IMG/VR virus record: IMGVR_UViG_3300032266_000815
Origin: an uncultured virus (IMG/VR IMGVR_UViG_3300032266_000815)
Lineage: Duplodnaviria; Heunggongvirae; Uroviricota; Caudoviricetes
Reading direction: 5' to 3' (one strand)
DNA length: 20,000 bases
This document shows, one piece after another, positions 19,201 through 20,000 of this stretch. The notes under the pieces were generated by a model. That model was not told the DNA's origin. It saw only the letters and a program-made list of their open reading frames with translations, and made no database searches. Both the position numbers and the translations under genes were made by a program. Position 1 is the stretch's first letter; each line of letters begins with the position of its first letter.

Positions 19201-20000
19201 ATATCTTTAATTATGCATACTGCAGGAACACTTAACTGTGGTATAATTGTGGGATCTGTAGGATAATCAAATCCATCTTTAATTCTATCAATTGATATTA
19301 TTTTTCCAATTTCTGATGAAAATGGATATAAAATTGCACCACTTCCCGTTGTACTTGCAATTGAAGTAATTTGAGGATTTTTTGAATAAGATTTTCCTTT
19401 AGAATTAATTCTTATTTTTGATATTGAACCAGTAGTAGTAGTTGAATCAGTATCATAAAAAACTGAAGATACTCCTGTTATTTGTGTATATGAAACATAT
19501 TCTGGTTTCTGATTTAAATTAAATTTAAATGAAGTTGAACCAATTCCTATGATTGACTGATTGTTGGATAATAAACTTTGTCTAATGTCAATTTTATTAT
19601 TTCCAAGTACTTCAGTATCATATGATATACGAAGAACATCAACATCAAAATATGAGGTTGGAACAAAATTATAATAAAGTAAATTTGGAATATCTCTTTG
19701 ATTGGTTATTATTGTAACTGCAATACCAGTTCTATTGATAGACAATGTATTTGATTCTTTTTTGTCAATTTCAAATCTTTTTTGAAAGTTTTGGTCTTTA
19801 TAAAATTCTAACCTTAAATTAGATAAAGATGAATCCGACACATCAAAAGTAATTATATTTCCTTTAGAGAAAGATAAAGGAGGATTTATGAGTGCGATAC
19901 TATGAGTACCTATACCAGCAGAAGTGAATGTAATTGCGATTCCGACAGATGCATCATATGCATATCTTGACAACTGTATTTTATCCGGATTTTGCTTAAG
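13248..20000 (-). CDS. gp7: Giant baseplate wedge initiator gp7-like protein, 5' end outside the window
   Basis: The frame is open beyond the track's TTG at 19973 to the window edge (LKQNPDKIQLSRY...), giving at least 2250 aa. It contains GFLND..QRISDNSYYQKFAYSIKS.V....WK..V...VHPSGFK.F, repeated DDIS.QF.G modules and a C-terminal G.YSW.KI, and sits immediately upstream of gp8 as in T4-like cyanophages. Confidence 0.85.
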   Translation of the reverse strand, partial: LKQNPDKIQLSRYAYDASVGIAITFTSAGIGTHSIALINPPLSFSKGNIITFDVSDSSLSNLRLEFYKDQNFQKRFEIDKKESNTLSINRTGIAVTIITNQRDIPNLLYYNFVPTSYFDVDVLRISYDTEVLGNNKIDIRQSLLSNNQSIIGIGSTSFKFNLNQKPEYVSYTQITGVSSVFYDTDSTTTTGSISKIRINSKGKSYSKNPQITSIASTTGSGAILYPFSSEIGKIISIDRIKDGFDYPTDPTIIPQLSVPAVCIIKDISRIDYVGILTSGRNYNTPPKLKVIGNNNIEIYAGVQGGSVVSVNISKNDFGLKEPLRIVPYNNSNGYEIDAIYADAVTGIGTIELVNDPILYPYITTGYGTTEISFPFSVGDKIFIEKCRLTSSTSGLSNYNSKDYGYNFFTVTGINTTNFVVNYTMSGLQTGTFGNYNNILTLGYVVNKNDMPEFQMILIDDATYYSGERVVSGSTFSAKVMENGWDNDINQLRLIDIQGSLNIGDKLYGEKSKLNGTVKYITEFSLDANLNVFREKINDFGDKVGFLNDSQQRISDNSYYQKFAYSIKSEVPYDIWKESVKSIVHPSGFKEFSDLNVIGIVTSGPFNLGIGKSTNMKIKATNPEPFLLVNIDNVADLFVKNNFAMVYEDDKLDDGSVERIYFQEGTALRSYTLNKTNKVYRIDDISGQFTGITTTLGGSVVGLTSFKLKNQGNPIFYKEFVGSASTIINIDSDKITLPNHGFQSGQEIIYNSNSGTKIGIATTSYASGTLDIVMRVGAGIGSAIYENGYNNYVPYSGIVTGISSTTSPGVFSQYFGLGNPLPSSVNSGIGTGALFQVLITYNTGTGVPIGTSIQLIDGGRGYSVGQQISIAGTYMGGSTPTNNLYFTVSKVSTTRVGTANTTYVSVASTSTGLGTGAIFNITRDSNKDISEVKVINGGTGYASTDQIIISGSNVGGSTPADNIYLSPTLLGTNKLPSNIFVRKIDANNFQVSGFSTTLNNPFNLDSFGSGSQSFSFKNPNENVIISIDNIIQSPIHRKNITIGLSTSIGIGSTSIFISSGISSIFNNDILQIDNEYLKVNSVGVGSTNVLSVTRAFMGSVATAHTVGSATSIMKGDFNIVNDVIYFSTPPYGPSIASTDPQLIANSSFSGRVFSRQLDAYNPTDKNIILDDISNQFTGIAATEFVLSSNNQPVVGIFTNTNSSTNIDNKPFILINNIFQTPEVDYTIDTPNANTIKFLTGAPSAGKIVNVAITTGFGYQPLIGAAATVSVSAGGTISSIKLNGAGSGYRSSPVVSIASTVGSGASISAIVGAGGTITSLSIINGGIGYTNTALPSVSISLPLPYSNLGIAYTNGSTGNGINAKVSVQVGSGSSIIQFTIDDPGIGYKIGDVLSVVGLTTNPNIGTSFSKFSITVTETLTDKFSGFFVGQFISFDDISIYFNETRTKFTLTQTISGVTEIIDLKKNPGSDIELENNLFIYLNDILQIPNESYTLTGSRIVFTEPPKSGSKCSILFFKGSSRDVEIITPVKTIKEGDGVQIGENIYDNLDIEQFERIVKKIVSSDQLDTYNYDSIGINTDTNKQRPLKWIKQKQDRIINGSLVSKARPSLISTIRPTTKLIKNVNIEDTSIYVNNAFPLFTIVDSLPEEDSNILIIENRDTNPAIATAIVSIANTISSIAISTGGIGYAYTSSPRVAISSVSVQLKDPILNWSASSGISTNTSLLSVTYGSPIVSIGQSGVVAITTDAKNYNLISNVGFSKTITFNSISFASTNTYIAVGDYGKIVTTVGFGTTISSWIELKKYEETSLFGVVTRSQSSYISSLTSVDYFSDINKWISVGYNGAIFSAVGVGSTAFIKIPSNTSSNFRSIAYGASKLIIVGDDGTSSTSTDGTFWNTNTIASSKLNKIIWDGSRFVVVGDGNIILTSLIGDIWAQIIPNITGNFVNIDYNNTYSMYTLLDSTGNLYYSFDLQYWTYRSTNQLNTIKDILYISNNDGYVLVGTGATSIYSISTYNLATAVSSVTSGIITSISIQNPGFGYNKNNPPKVLIEPDTSLIEQIFSIKAKGDFGTIVGVDTSLGFGTTLPQLIFRLKTESYDNTTLGIGYSALDSYGITYSGISTGDYFVIYDSNVQCGHALTGITTTNNAISSVGTANTFIDGVYRAENVQVSGVGIVTVFCKFLPGPGYVDKIIVNANPSNKSNGFYGRYSWSKIYDYQNRGIGSPNNFTINTNNGLVGLSSAPEVTRTRGLFKGK

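Noticed and set aside
19971..19973. TTG as the start of gp7
   Set aside because: The frame stays open to the window edge, so the real start is upstream.
1..20000. CRISPR arrays, tRNAs, inteins, homing endonucleases or self-splicing introns
   Set aside because: The window is almost fully coding. By eye I found no regularly spaced DNA repeats, cloverleafs, intein splice-junction motifs or HNH/GIY-YIG/LAGLIDADG motifs.

Overview
AT-rich (roughly 30% GC by eye) segment of a large T4-like myophage of the cyanophage (Kyanoviridae-like) type, covering part of the late structural operon. All real genes are on the minus strand. In transcription order: a giant baseplate wedge initiator gp7-like gene (5' end outside the window), baseplate wedge gp8, a VrlC/DUF4815-type virion structural protein, a small hypothetical gene, a 21-codon mini-ORF, a 74-aa protein, a 577-aa fibre-like protein, a coiled-coil 79-aa protein, neck gp13, and neck gp14 (runs off the left end, missed by the ORF track). 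T4-type late promoter motifs (NATAAATA) precede three of the gene groups. The main anomaly is one in-frame TAA at 5105-5107 that splits the VrlC-like gene. The frame stays open for 317 more codons, to a TGA that overlaps the next start, and the TAA lies inside a quasi-palindrome. Other points of note are a mini-ORF that looks like an internally deleted relic of a conserved gene, a beta-propeller inserted near the C-terminus of gp7, and a beta-rich module shared across four structural proteins. Family assignments come from recalled motifs and gene order, not from database searches. I see no clear evidence for a wholly new multi-gene system.
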